Source: Camelus dromedarius (taxonomy: Eukaryota). From it: a stretch of 64,000 bases of DNA. The stretch is taken from the NCBI RefSeq assembly GCF_036321535.1, contig NC_087437.1, forward strand, positions 19,470,001 through 19,534,000. The letters run 5' to 3'. The notes under the pieces were generated by a model, which did not search any database, was not told the origin of the DNA, and saw only the letters and a program-made list of their open reading frames with translations. Position numbers and translations under genes: made by a program. This document shows positions 40,334 through 53,300 of the stretch, in pieces. Each line of letters opens with the position of its first letter. Position 1 is the first letter of the stretch.

Positions 40334-41555
40334 GATGTCTTGTGGTGTTGTGCTGTGGAGGTGTATCGTGGGTATGGGGGTGTATCGTGGGGTGCACTGT
40401 TGGGGGGTGCACTGTGGGGGTGTGCGGAGTACTGGGAGGACCCTGCAGCTAGAGAGCTGCCTCAGGTCCCTGGTCAGTGCTGTGGGGCACCCTAGACGGC
40501 CCGAGACCAGGCCTGAGAAGGCCACTCTTGCCCACTGCACCTGCCTGGTCCCCATGATGGGAAGCTTATGCCTCAGCACCCCACCTCCCCCACCACATCC
40601 CCAGGCTCCGGATGCCCAGGGAGACACTGGGGTGGCATGTTCTGGAGTTCTGCTGGTTCGAGGAGCCCGGGAAGCCCCTTTCTTCCTCACCCACTCACAC
40701 CTGCCTTTCAGTGGCAGGGTCCAGATGCTATTTTCAGGTCACATCTGACACAGCCTCCACACAGCCCCTCCCAGGGAACACTCAGGACACAGCGCCGTGA
40801 GAGGAGGGAGTGCCCTTGGCTTTCTCCTCTTGCAGGGGGACCAGCACAGGGAGCCACAGTCCTCTCTCCCAGAGCAGCAGCCTCTCTTAAGGACCCTGCC
40901 CTTCCACGCCTGGCTCAGCCCTCCAATCGACCATAGGAGCCATTGGAATGGCAGATGCCAGAGGGCTCAGGCATGTGCGGGAAGTACTTGTTTGCTGTTT
41001 TGAATGTAGATGCCATTTTCCCCTCAATCTTTAAAAGGAAAGATGTTCAAACATACCACAAAGTTGAAAGAATTTAAAAATGAACACCAGGATATTTCCC
41101 ACCTGGGCTCTAACATTCATATTTTATTATGTCTGTTTTATGTTTTATCATATATCTAGCTCTCCCTCCATTCGTCAATCCAGCTTACTTTTTTTGATAC
41201 CTTTCAAAGTAAGCTGAAGACAGCAGCACACTTCTCCCTGAATGCTTCAGCACGCATACCACTGACTGGAGTTCAGTATTGGTTTAGTGTTCTTTTTCCT
41301 TTTTTTTGGAACATAGAATGAAATGCACAAATCTTGAGGGTACCAGTCAATGAATTTTGACAGATGCATGCACCCATGTTACTCCATCCCCTACCAAGAC
41401 ACAGAACATCCTATCGCCCCAGGAAAAGCACAGCTCTAGAGACTCATAAAATGTGAGGGAATGCCACAACTTTAATATGTTTGTTTTTACAGGTGTGTTC
41501 CGTATCTGGCCTGTGAAACTAGATTCCCTACATGAAGAGGATATATAGTTGCTTT

Positions 41556-41704
41556 AAAAAAATTTTTTTTGGGGGGAGAGGTTATTAGGTTTACTTATTT
41601 ATTATTATTATTATTATTTTAATTTAATGGAGGTACTGGCGATTGAACCCATGACCTCATGCATGCTAAGCATGAGCTCTACCACTGAGCTATACCCTCC
41701 CCTC
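41556..41704 (-). mobile_element. vic-1-like SINE, long form
   Basis: tRNA-like head with TSD ATAGTTGCTTT at 41545-41555 and 41705-41715. Confidence 0.9.
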
Positions 41705-41829
41705 ATAGTTGCTTTTTAAATAAGTTTATTTACTAAAAAAAAAAAAAAGAAAAAAGAAAAAACCTTTAAAGAAATATTAAATATACATGGGGTAAAGATA
41801 GGGAAAAAAATCATGAGATTTGTATGCAA

Positions 41830-42178
41830 TCCTGGATACACATTCAAATCACCTGGGAGCTTTAAAAACACTGATGCCTGGGTCGCCACCTCCAGAGCCT
41901 CTTGCATAACTGGCCAAGGTGTATCCAGGCATCCATAGGTTGAAAAAGCTCCCCAGGTGATTCTAATGTGCAGCTGGGCTGACAAGAACAGCTTGGAAAG
42001 CCTCCAAGCGTGGTTCCTGGGCTGGCGGGTATCACATCACCTGGACGTTTGTAGGACGTGCAAATCCTTAGGCCCCCCTCCAGACCTACTGAGTCAGAAA
42101 CTGGGGCTGGGCCCAGCAGTCTGGAGCTTCACAAGCCCTCCAGATGTGCCTGACACTGCTCAAGTTTGAGAACCACTT
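41830..42178. mobile_element. Two adjacent MER5-type (hAT-Charlie) MITE remnants
   Basis: Motifs aatcacctgggagctttaaaaa..aagctccccaggtgattctaatgtgcag and ccagacctactgagtcagaaact..aagtttgagaaccact. Confidence 0.7.
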
Positions 42179-43308
42179 CTCAAGGGGCGAGGGCCACAAA
42201 TTCTAAAAGCAGCCTTCATTTAGCTCCCAAGACTGAAGTCTGTGCCATCATGGTACCTACCTGGCCAAAGTCAGTCAGCTCTGCCTGATCCAGCCTCTGG
42301 AAAGCCCTTCTCCTCTCTGGGACAGAGAGGGAGTATGGAGGCCAGGTGGTGAGCAGCTGCTGACCAATTACCAAGGCGATGACATCCTAGGGTCCACTGT
42401 GTCTTAACCTCAATTAATACACAAACCAGCCCCTAGAAAATCCACTGTTGACTGTAATTTTATTTTCACCATGATTTTTGATTATCACTGACCTCCTTCC
42501 ACTCCATTACCCTTGTTAATTGAGAATTGACTATGCAGTTAAAATGAATGTTTCCTCCACTAACAGAGCTGTACCGGATTCATCTTAGAGTCCCTCGCAG
42601 CTCAAAAAATGTGATGAGTCTACAGGTATATTGATCTGATACAATTCATTTCACCTGGAATTTATGAAATTACCACTCAGAGGTCACCTATTATGCATTC
42701 CAATGTCCAAAGTCTAAAAGGGAAGAAAAAGAGGGTTAGTGGAAGAATAACATTGCATTTAGAGAGCTAAGCCAGTACATAGCCAAGTCTGGCCTCTTGG
42801 CTGCCAGTGATGTCTGTATTAAAAGATGCTCAGCCCAGTTCTACAGATTTGGCAAAGACTCTGAAAATATTGAAAAGATAAGGTAAGAACAAACACTCTA
42901 AGGGTTGCTTCTCTTCACCAGCTGGTTATTTTGATAAGGAAAAATGCAAAGAAAGAGGAGGCTACTAGAAGGGAAAAAAAAAAAAAGAGGCTAATGGAAG
43001 ATCAGGGAATCTGATTATCTCTTCCAATGCTAAGTTTGAAAAATGGAATTTTCACATACAAACAAAGAGATTACAGGATTTGCCAAAGAAAATGTGCTAA
43101 GGAGTCAGCAGCAACAAATGGAATTCCTATTAAGTGTATGTATCGGGAGATGTTGGACAAAACACCACGGTCGTTTTCTCGTATCATATAACACAGAGGA
43201 GTAATGCCACTGCGAAGGACAAATCAGCCCGCCTGAGGACAGTCACACACTGCGAGGACTCTCTCCATAATGAGACATCAAAAAAGACTCCAGCTGCCTC
43301 GTAGTTAC

Positions 43309-43450
43309 CTGACTGGGGACTAACTACAAATAGCTGGGCAGGAGCAACTACAACTGGGAAAGCCAGAATCCAGGCAACTGCGTGACTTCCTCTGGGAGCC
43401 CGCCCCCTCGGAGGACCGCCCCTGCCACGCCCCTCCGCCTCTCCCTCCCA
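43309..43450 (-). promoter_or_regulatory. Candidate intronic alternative promoter or enhancer with a downstream donor
   Basis: Four Sp/KLF-like boxes at 43399-43441, an ETS core ACTTCC at 43385-43390, RFX-like half sites (GCAAC), and a minus-strand donor CAG|GTAACT at 43309. Confidence 0.4.
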
Positions 43451-45308
43451 AGCTCTTTCTTTGTGGGTCTTTTGAGTGCAGAGCTGTCTAATTCAGCCTA
43501 AGACCGAGTACAATCTAAGACCTCAGTGAATGACTTAAAAAAAAACTTTATTATAAAAAATTACATCATACGGAAAGTAGAAGAAATAGTGTCATGGACT
43601 GCAATGCAGCAGTCTCCAAATGATCATTAACACATTTCCATGTTTATTTAACCTTTTTTCCCCTGGAAGTATACTGAAGTACACATATTATAAACACCAT
43701 GACACTTCACCTCTAAACACTTCAAAAATAAAGGACACTTTCTAAAGCAAGGACACTTTCTTACTTATTCATAACACCATGTTCACACCTGACAATATTT
43801 ACAATTAACAAAAAGTCCTCAGTATCATCTAATACCAGTCTAAATGTCAGCATATGTCTATGGAAAGAGAGAGAGCAGATGTGAATGCCCCCACAAGGCC
43901 CCCAGGAAGCAGATGGGCCGAACTCGTCCCACATGGGGGCTCCATCATTCTCAGAGGTGTAGGAGGGCGGAGGGGCATCCCCTCGAGTGAGGGCCTCCTT
44001 TTGGAGACTTCAGGCACCTCGCTCCCAAAGTTCCATTGCATCCAAAACCCCTCCAGTCAGCCTTCTCCCACCCAGTGACCAGTCTTGTCCAGGAGGCTGG
44101 ATCTGGAGTCAGACGATCCTAGCTGTGGTCACTGACTACACTGGCTCTCCCACTGACAAACTGACCCAGAGCAAGATGCCTGGGCTTTTGGGGCCTCTGT
44201 TTGCTCCTCTGTAATATGGGAAATTAGGCCTGCCTCAGAGGGCTGTCATGAAAACGGAAAGGGTCAGTGACACAGGCTCTGTCACAGAGCGCCTAGCACA
44301 CTGCTGGGCCGTAAGGAGCTCACGAAGTTCCACTGCTGCCCCAAGGGAGGGAGTCATCACCTCTAGGCCATAAAGGCAGCCCAAGGCATGAGGCTGAGTG
44401 TCAGAGAGGGTTCCTGGGCTGACCAGGAGATTCCATGAAAACTGGGCTTTGGCCTTTGGCCTCCTGACGTACACCCATGGCAGGACAGGGTGACAGTTTC
44501 AGTGACAGACTGAGGGAGGACCCCCTTAGACCTCAAGTGGTAACTGCCACAGAGAGATAAGGCTACAAACGAAATTAGAGGAGGTGGAACACAGGCTATC
44601 CAGGAACCTGTTCTCAGTCACCCTCCCCTGCTCTTCTCCCTCCTCAGCACAGGCCTCCTCTGCACAGCGTGGATACCGAGATCCCTGCGCCAGGCAGTGG
44701 GGAAACGAGCTTCACCGCGACAGCCCATGACCTGTGGGAGCCCACCTCCAATGAGAGGAGGCAGGTAAGTGCATGATGGAAGGAGATGTAAGGCCCTGTG
44801 GGAAGAGGATACATGTAACGAGTGAGAGCTCTCAAGGAGGCTTGCTAGTCTACTGTCCCACGTGAAGGACGGCGTGTGGATGTCACGCACTGCAGGGACA
44901 TCTGTCACAGCGAAAGACTACGAACAGCCCGGTGTCCACCCATACAGAGCTGGTGGAGTAAACCCGGGTAAAGTTGCTCAGTGGAATACTGTGCATTTGT
45001 AAGAGAATGGGGGGAAGGGAGGAGGGAGAGGAGAGAAAGAAGGTGGGAGGGGGAAGGGAGAGGAGGGAGAGAACGCTCTATGTACTGATAAGGAAATCTC
45101 TCTCAGACATATTGTTAAGAAAAAACAAAAAGCAAAGAGCAGAACAGTGAGTATAGAATACTATGTTTTGTATAAGAAGGGTGAAATGTAAAAATAGCTA
45201 TAAACTCTAAAAGGATATAAAGAAACATAATAGTGGTTGTCTATGGGGAGGTAGGGGTATGGGATATGGGATGAGAAAGACCATTTTCATTGTACACATT
45301 TTATTTTT

Positions 45309-45312
45309 CATT

Positions 45313-45355
<43 letters not shown>

Positions 45356-45439
45356 CTTACTTACTTATTTTTAATTGAGGTACCATCAGTTACAATGTGT
45401 CAATCTCTGGTGTACAGAACAATGTCCCAGTCGTACATA
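45309..45439 (-). mobile_element. Very short young L1 3' end with a (TTTA)n tail, inserted in an older L1ME-like fragment (~44860-45510)
   Basis: TSD ACATTTTATTTTT at 45296-45308 and 45440-45452. The body resembles the reverse complement of 50196-50250. Confidence 0.7.
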
Positions 45440-45569
45440 ACATTTTATTTTTTCTTAACTTTCCATTCATGTAAATATGTTACGTCTTCAAAAAAATTTT
45501 TTTTAATAAAATGTAAAGCTCCTGTGACATTTAGGGTAGTTCACAGAGGGATGGTTAGACATGTTTGGG

Positions 45570-46010
45570 GACTGTGGCTAGATGCATTTCCAGCATGGTT
45601 ACAATGTGACACTGATGTGCATTCCATTGAGAAGCAGGTCTATGTTGCATCCCTCTGCAGCCGGGCAGGCCAGTAAATACGGCAGAAGTGATGCTATGAG
45701 ACTTCTGAGGATGTGTCATGAGAGGTGACGAAGCTTCCACCCAGTCCTCTTGGGATGCCTGTTCCTAGAGTCTAGCTGTCATGCCATGAGGAACCGAAGC
45801 CATGACAAGGCATTCCAGCCAACAGCCTAGTCGAGGTCCAGCCGCCAGGCCCTGAGCGAGGGGCTTCTGAGACGGCTCCAGCCCCAGCCACCAACTAACT
45901 GCCACTGGATGAGAGCCCTGGGGTGGGAGGACCTGCCTCTCTGAGCCCAGTCAAGCCCCAGAACTGGGAGAGACAACAATCAAATAACTGTTTTCTTCCA
46001 AGCCCCTAAG
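45570..46010. mobile_element. MaLR LTR fragment (MLT1F/G-like)
   Basis: Motifs ggcagaagtgatgctatgagacttctgag; ccagccccagcca; gagcccagtcaa..ccagaact. Confidence 0.55.
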
Positions 46011-47747
46011 TGATGAGGAGCAGTTCTTGGTTTGTGCCCTTGTCTTACACTGAATTTTCAAAATGGAAGCTTTCTGACATTCTTAGAACAGTTTACCTAA
46101 AACCCCAAGGAGGGAACAGAAACTGCCCAGGGTGGGGGCAGGGGCCAGGTATTTAGTTGGCCCTGTGAAAGTAGGAATAGTCCAAACAAACAAAACACAT
46201 GACTCTGGGTGCCTAGGGGGACCACAAGAGGCACCATGTAGCAGGCTGCTGATATCAAGGTCTGGGCTCCAGAGAGGGGATGTGATGGAGATGAGGATGC
46301 AGGAGGCATCTACGTAAAGGTGGTAGTTAAAACCCAGGGGGTGGGGGAGGGGGATGAAATCATCCACATGGAGTGGACGGACAAGACCCCAAGGTAAGAG
46401 CCCTGGGGATGCCCCCGCTGAGAAGGCCAGCAGAAGAAAGGGAGCAGGAAGAAGTCAAACAATCATCATCAGGGAGGGAGGAAGAAAACGCAAGAAAGAA
46501 GAATACAAGAGGTGTCAGATTTTGCAGCGAAGATACAGAGAGCCCAGAAGACGTGGCAACGCAGAGGTCACTGGTGACCTACTTATAGTCATCCTGAAGG
46601 GGTGGGAAAAAATGGAAATATCAGTGCATTCCCATCAATACAAGTCACTTCAGCCAAACTTGATGAGGTCAAAGAGCAAATAATTCAAGGCTCCCTGTTT
46701 TTTCTTCTGAGCAACATTAGAGGAACAACAGGAAGAAAGGAAAAAATAAAAATGCACAAAATAGAAGGAAAAAAGGAGGGGAGACAAACACTGACAAATT
46801 GAATAACTACTGTCTGCATGACAAAGAGGTGACTAAAAAGGCACGAGCTGATAAAACCAACTGCCTCTTGAATACATCTCTCTTTTTTTTTTTTTGAGAG
46901 AGAGAGATTGTGGAAGATTCCTTTGCTGACCATTCAGACCAGTAGCAAGGCTGGGTAAAGAAGTGTGCAACAGCATCGGGGAGTCTACCGGCTTCATGTA
47001 GTGAGCCGGTACTGATGTAAGGCAGTGGCTGCCAGAAGCACGTTGTACAGGAGGATGCAGGCTTGGGTATCAGGGAGTGATGTCTGCTGTGAGCACAGGA
47101 CCCAGGAATTTGGCACTGACACCGAGCATTCGCCATCTATGTCTTTATGGTATGCATACTGAACCATACCTTAAAGGGAAATGGCCTTATTTCTCTAAAA
47201 TACCGGGATCTTGAATCCTTTCTATGTAAATACTAAAATGCCCATAACTCAAAGCTTATGAAATTTCACCACTAAATCTTACTGAGCATGCTACTGGAAC
47301 AATTTTAAATCACCTCTTGGAGTAAGGCCTTCATTTGTAGTGACAAGTATGCCAACAGACAATAACAATAAATACAGGGAAATGTTTCTAGAATCTGCAC
47401 TATGCCCCCAGATTTCTGCCATTATTTCTCCTGCATGCATAGAAAAAACAAGCAAATAAAATGGACTGCGACTCCAACTACAGAGTGAATTAAGTTGAAA
47501 TGTCAGCACAACCAAATTGTACGCCTCGATTGTTAACAGATATTTTGATAAAGAGCTTACTAGATCTTTAATTGGAGATGGAGTGTTTGTATATAAAGGC
47601 AATGACCACAAAACATTTATCACAGTGCCTAAAGCTGGAAGTACATTCTCCCCCATCCTCTGGTATTAGTATCAGTGTGGTGAATCCGGTATTAATATTA
47701 AAACATGGCATTGAAGACATAATCATGGGTTGATACAGATGAGGTTA

Positions 47748-48049
47748 TACAAAACAGAAACAGACTCATAGACATAGAATACAAACTTGTGGTTGCCAAG
47801 AGGGCGGGGGGTGGGAAGGGACAGACTGGGATTTTAAAATGTAGAATAGATAAACAAGATTATACTGTATAGCAAAGGGAAATATATACAAGATCTTGCG
47901 GTAGCTCACAGAGAAAAAATGTGACAATGAATATGTATATGTTCATGTATAACTGAAAAATTTTGCTCGACACTGGAATTTGACACAACATTGTAAAATG
48001 ATTATAAATCAATAAAAAATGTTTTAAAACAAAACAAAAACAAAAACAA
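47748..48049 (+). mobile_element. Young lineage-specific L1 3'UTR fragment, same family as 7635-8369 but in opposite orientation
   Basis: Near-identical to the reverse complement of ~7650-7925. Has an A-rich tail and TSD ATGAGGTTA at 47739-47747 and 48050-48058. Confidence 0.9.
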
Positions 48050-49124
48050 ATGAGGTTAGATGTTTTTTCCCAGTGAGTTTTTCTTTTAGGATCATCTTCA
48101 TGTACTTGCAAAATAACAGAAAAAAAATCAAGCTACAACAGAGGGGGAAGCATTGCCATGATAAAGATACATCTTATATACTCAGGCTCTCTTAGAGCAC
48201 TGGGTTTCAAAGTGCACGGCTGCAGAACACTAGTGTTCTGCCACTTCAGACAAATACGGGTAGTCTAGCCCAGTTCACGGGGGAAAATACGGTAATGTTC
48301 TTAACTCAAAGAAGTTTTCTTCCCATAATTTTACATTAACTTTTGTGGTTGGTTACTACTTAATGTAATTTTCAATTGAACACAAACGGGTCTCCGACTC
48401 AGCACAGAATCAGGGACTTGGTTATTCCCAGTTTAGTGCACTGATGATGTTTATGGTGTTTAGGGAAGATGCTGTCAATGCTGTGCCCTGAGTTCTCAGG
48501 ACTCATCGTTTTAGACCAAGCCGGCTTGACTTCTGTGTGTGGACATCTTCATCCCTTTGCCCTGATGTTTTTTTTGTTTTTGTTTTTGTTTTTTTTTACC
48601 TGGTGACTGGAGGCTGCCAGAGAATTCCAGAGAATTCATTGCCCCCTAATGAGCAATGGTGTATATATACCCAGCCACCAATCCCCATGAAAGGTTAATT
48701 CTGGGATGGGTGCTCTATGCTGGCTGCTGGAGACCCCCAGCAGGTTTAAACTCTGGTGGTCCACACTGGTGACCTGCTGGATGATGTGCTTCTCTGGCTC
48801 ATTTCCCTACTTCTTTATGTGGGATCTCCTCCCAAATAAATCACGCAGACTGGAATCCTTGTCTCAAATAAGGACACGTGTCGTGATTTCCCAATGTATG
48901 GTAATCGTGTTCAAGAACTGCTGCTTTAGGATGTGCCATTGGCCACACACTAGGCCCCTGCCAGCACTGAGCAGCAGAGGATGCATGGGGACAGGGCTGA
49001 GTCAGGGAGGGGCTGGTATTAAGAATGTAAACTCTAGTCCCCGAGGTGCTGGAGTACCAAGGCCTGAGCAGGACAAGAAGCCCCAGTGATGTAGGGCTGC
49101 CCGAGGCCAGTGCTGATCTAAGGA

Positions 49125-49175
49125 GCGTGTGCGTGCGTGCATGTGTGTGCGTGTGCATGCGTATGCATGTGTGTG
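49125..49175. repeat. 51-bp perfectly alternating purine-pyrimidine tract (GC/GT/AT mix), Z-DNA-prone
   Basis: gcgtgtgcgtgcgtgcatgtgtgtgcgtgtgcatgcgtatgcatgtgtgtg. Confidence 0.85.
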
Positions 49176-49480
49176 AGATGGGGGCAGAGTTTGAAACAAC
49201 CAAATGAGGCCCCAAAGGTTGCAAACCCAAACTCCCCATCCCCACCCCACCAGTGAGGACCAGGTAGGGAACAAGGACGAAAGAGACTGGCAGAGGGTCC
49301 TGAGGCTACAGGGCAGGGAGGGGAGGAGCTTTCTCTAACGTAAAAACTCTGAGAATTGGAGTCTTCAGGGCCAGAGGGAGCCTATCTGTGGGCAACTCAG
49401 CCAGTGGACCCCTGATCAGAGACACGGAGGTCGGGAGCCAAGCCCGGTGTTAAAAATTGTTTAGAGAAAGATTTAATCAG

Positions 49481-49595
49481 AGGGGCATGGGTATAGCTCA
49501 GTGGTAGAGCACATGCTTAGCATGCACAGGGTCCTGGGTTCAATCTCCAGTACCTCCATTTAAAAAAAAAAAAAAAAGGCAATCAAACAAACAAA
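49481..49595 (+). mobile_element. vic-1-like SINE, short form
   Basis: GGGTATAGCTCAGTGGTAGAG...GGTTCAATCTCCAGTACCTCCATT plus poly(A). 14-bp TSD AAAGATTTAATCAG at 49467-49480 and 49596-49609. Confidence 0.92.
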
Positions 49596-50319
49596 AAAGA
49601 TTTAATCAGGATAAGGTTTCGAATGCAGTGACCTCAAAACTGCAAACACAGCATAAAGATCATTACTTAACTTGCCTCATTTTAGGATTTAAAAAAAGTT
49701 ATAGGAATAGTAAAACAACATAGAAAGTTTAAAATATGAAAAAAGTTATTCATTGTTCTACTCTTCAAATGCGATTCTTATCCCTTTGGGGCATCCTTTA
49801 CAGCCTACTTTCCTGAACACATCTTTCATGAAATGGTATTCTGTTCACTGAGCAAGTAGTAACTTCCTGCATTACTAATCTTTATATGTTTAAATACTGC
49901 ATAATATTCCACCAACATGGTGTTCTGTAATTTGACTCTCCTCCTTTATTCTATATTCTAGTCACTTCTAAGTTTTCACCATTATAAATAAAAACGTATC
50001 TTTATACAGTGGCATTTTCCACTTTTCAAATTATTTTCTTAAGACAGAATTCCAGAAGCAGCCAAAAGGTAGTGGCAATTCAGTGACACCTGAAACAGGA
50101 AACCCCCTATTGTCTTTGGTTACTCACAAAATATAAAGTAGGTAATGGACACTGGCATCCTTTTCCTTACAAAAAATATATTAAGACAAGATTTATGCTG
50201 TACACCAGAAATCGACACAACATTGTAAACTGACTATACTTCAATTAAAAATATATATATATATATACAAAACAAGAGATAATATTGACCAATAGGGAGG
50301 GAGGGAGTATGTGTACATA

Positions 50320-50366
50320 TGTGTGTGTGTGTGTGTGTGTGTGTGAGTGTGTGTGAGTGTGTGTGT
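50320..50366. repeat. Interrupted (TG)n microsatellite
   Basis: Directly visible. Confidence 0.9.
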
Positions 50367-53300
50367 ATGTTACTACACAGAAGAAGGCCAGATGGGAGAA
50401 TTAAAAAGCAAAGCAGTCTTTAATACTAAGTATAGGGTCTATGCAATCAACACCTACTTCAGATCTTTAAAATGAACATTTTAAAGTCAGTAAGAATTTC
50501 AAGTTAGACTCCTGCATGCTAATTCATGCAACAGGCATTCTGTCCTAATGATCACCTGCTCAGAGAGAAACTTCTAACCTTTTGAAGCCTACTGTTTACC
50601 TGGCCTGGTGGGATTCCCTTACTGACACTGACATTCATTCTCTCCCATATGCCACTTACTGAGCCCAAATTTGGCTTAGTTTGCTTCACTTGTTTTCATC
50701 ATTTTTCCCCGCGCCCTCAAATGCCTCCAATTGCAAACCTTTTTCAGTGAGCAGACTGGCTGACAGCAGAGCCGCTGATGGCTGTGGCAGGGGGCAGTTA
50801 GGCTGAACCTGTTGGTCAGGCTTGCTCCCCATGCCTCTCTTCCAGACACTGTGACTAGGTGGGAAGGACAGGATTCCAGACACTAACCCCTCACACATCT
50901 GCCTTTAATACATTAAGCCTGCAAGTTGGTTCCCACACTCCTACCTGGGCTATGTCCTGCCCTGACAGTTCATTTCTATAACAGGAAGCAAAGGGAGGGG
51001 GGTGCTGACAGAAGGCGGAAGGCAGGTAGGAAGATTGGCTCTAATTTAAAACCATCTTAGGAGCTCTAAAGAGTTCCAGGCTGACGGATGGGCACATTTA
51101 CTCCTCAGAACCCTTTTCATAAATACCTACCACTTAACATGCACTTCCAAGAGGCATAAATACCATTGCTGCGTGTCAGCCTTATGCGAGGGAGATTTTC
51201 AGAGCCACTTCTTTTCTCCATGGCTCAGAGCCACACGATTACAACCTTATTAGAGCCGTACCCTGAGAATACAGCAATCAGCCCCACCCCACCTAGACCG
51301 GCACGAGGCCTTCTCAATGTCTGCTCCGCGATGCGAGTTTCCTTCCTTTGCTCCGGGGAAGGTGGAAGCTCACCTTTCGTAATAAGGTCTACCTCTGAGG
51401 CAGGTGGGGACAGAAGAGGTATTCTGTCATTAGCACTGGCCAGATGAATAAAATAACTCTCCAATAACATTCAGTCATGGAGACAGAATGCTTCCTGGGG
51501 CTGTTTGGATCATGTCTTATTTAAAACTGGACTTTAGTATTACTTTCTCCTTGTTTTCAGAGGAAGTGAATGGGCTTGCAAGCAGGTGTGGTGTCCCCCT
51601 GGAGGATGCTGGTTCCTCACGAGGGACCTCACAGGGACGGCATGGCTCTGCTGGGGTAGGTCGCTGCCATCTCGCCCTGCCTCAGCTGTGTGCAGACCAG
51701 TGGTCCCCCCAGCCTGGATGGCAGAAGTGAGCTCTGCCCTTCTTTCCCCCTGAATGGTCACTGGATGCAATGTGATGAGATCCGTGCTGGAACTGCAGTC
51801 TGGTGTACCCAGGGGTGTCAAAGGAGAAAAAAAAAAAACAGGTTCTCAGTGGACCTGTCACTCAGAAGGGAGGGAGCTTCGATGTCCATGGCACCAGATC
51901 TACTTTCAGGTGAGCTGGACGCCCATTTACGGCCAGCACCCAGCATGAGAAGTAGGATGCTGAGAACTAGAGCATCCAATGGGACACCAGCCGAGGAGGG
52001 GCTCTGTAACTCTAAAGGGTCAGGAAATTGGAGCGTGAGCATTATTCTCCCTTTCTGAAGCCAAAGCATGATGACTTTTCAAAGCACACATTCTTTTAAG
52101 ATTACCTTGGCCACATGAAACATTGTTTGCCAGCATTTATAGAAAAATAACATCCAATGGTCTTGAAAGGTATATTTATAATTGAGTCTAAGCCTCTAAC
52201 CAACGTTTAGGGGCCCACTCTATCTAGACTGATACTGACTACATTTCTGTATCTGTCCCACCTCTACACATTCTTGTGACATGCTGGGCTTCGCCTTCAT
52301 GGCAGTTAATCCAGTTTCTAATTTGATGCTGTGTGAGTGTTCATGTGCTTAATTCCATCTTTATTAATAATCTGTCTTGTGATGTCTTTGGGGTTAATGA
52401 GGGTCAACACTGTGTCATTTGTCTCAGCATTTTAATCCCCAGGACACTGCCTGAAGAACATATAGAAGGAAGAAAGGGGGAGAAGGAGGGAGGATAATGA
52501 GCCAAGTACAGTGCTGGGTACTAGGGATGCTTGGTCTAATAGCTGTGGAAGGGCTTACAGTCTCGTAAAGAAGGTAATTCCAGGGCAGCTGGAGAAGGGA
52601 TGCCTGGCAGAGGTGCCCACTGGGACTATGGGAATGCAGGGTCGATTCAGATAGGCTTCCCTGCAAGAGGCAGGTGATGCAGGGATTCTGGCTTTAGGAG
52701 CAGTTCTGGTCAGAGGCAGGGACAGCAGGGAGGCACAGGGATACAGATCAGACTTTTACTGGGCAGGTCAGACCCAGGGATGGTGCTCCTGGGTGGAAAG
52801 GGCAGACGGCTCTGACTTCTAGAAGACATCCCATCTTCATCCAAGGCACTTTCACCCAAAAACCCAGTACTGAGAAACTGAGATTTCCCCAGATTCACAC
52901 TAGGGACAGAATGCCTTTCTATTCCTAGTTCCTGGATTGGCGCTGTGGGTCTATGTGCACGTGATGAGGGAATCATGAGTCCACTGTGGTTTGTTAAACA
53001 CACCGTGCAGAACTGCACGGCTAAACAGTGGGGCAGGAGCCGCCGTCCTGAGGCCTGCCCTGCAAAATGGGATGTCTGTCTTTACCAGGGAACTATGATA
53101 AACGAGCAAAGACAGACACTGGTCAGGATGAGCCACTTTATTTAAAAGCTTCAACAGCCCAAAGTGGTTTAACATAGATGCAAGGAAGATTTATCTAGAT
53201 GATAAAATACCTGAACTAGAAAGGCACATAAATTATAATTTTACAGTTTTTTTTCCTTTCAAGATTTCAGAGTCAAGTGCCTTAAGTAGTGAATGAAATG

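Noticed and set aside
49481..49560. tRNA-Ala-like sequences here and at four other sites
   Set aside because: They have A-rich tails, most have TSDs, and their stems are degraded, so they are SINEs rather than tRNA genes.
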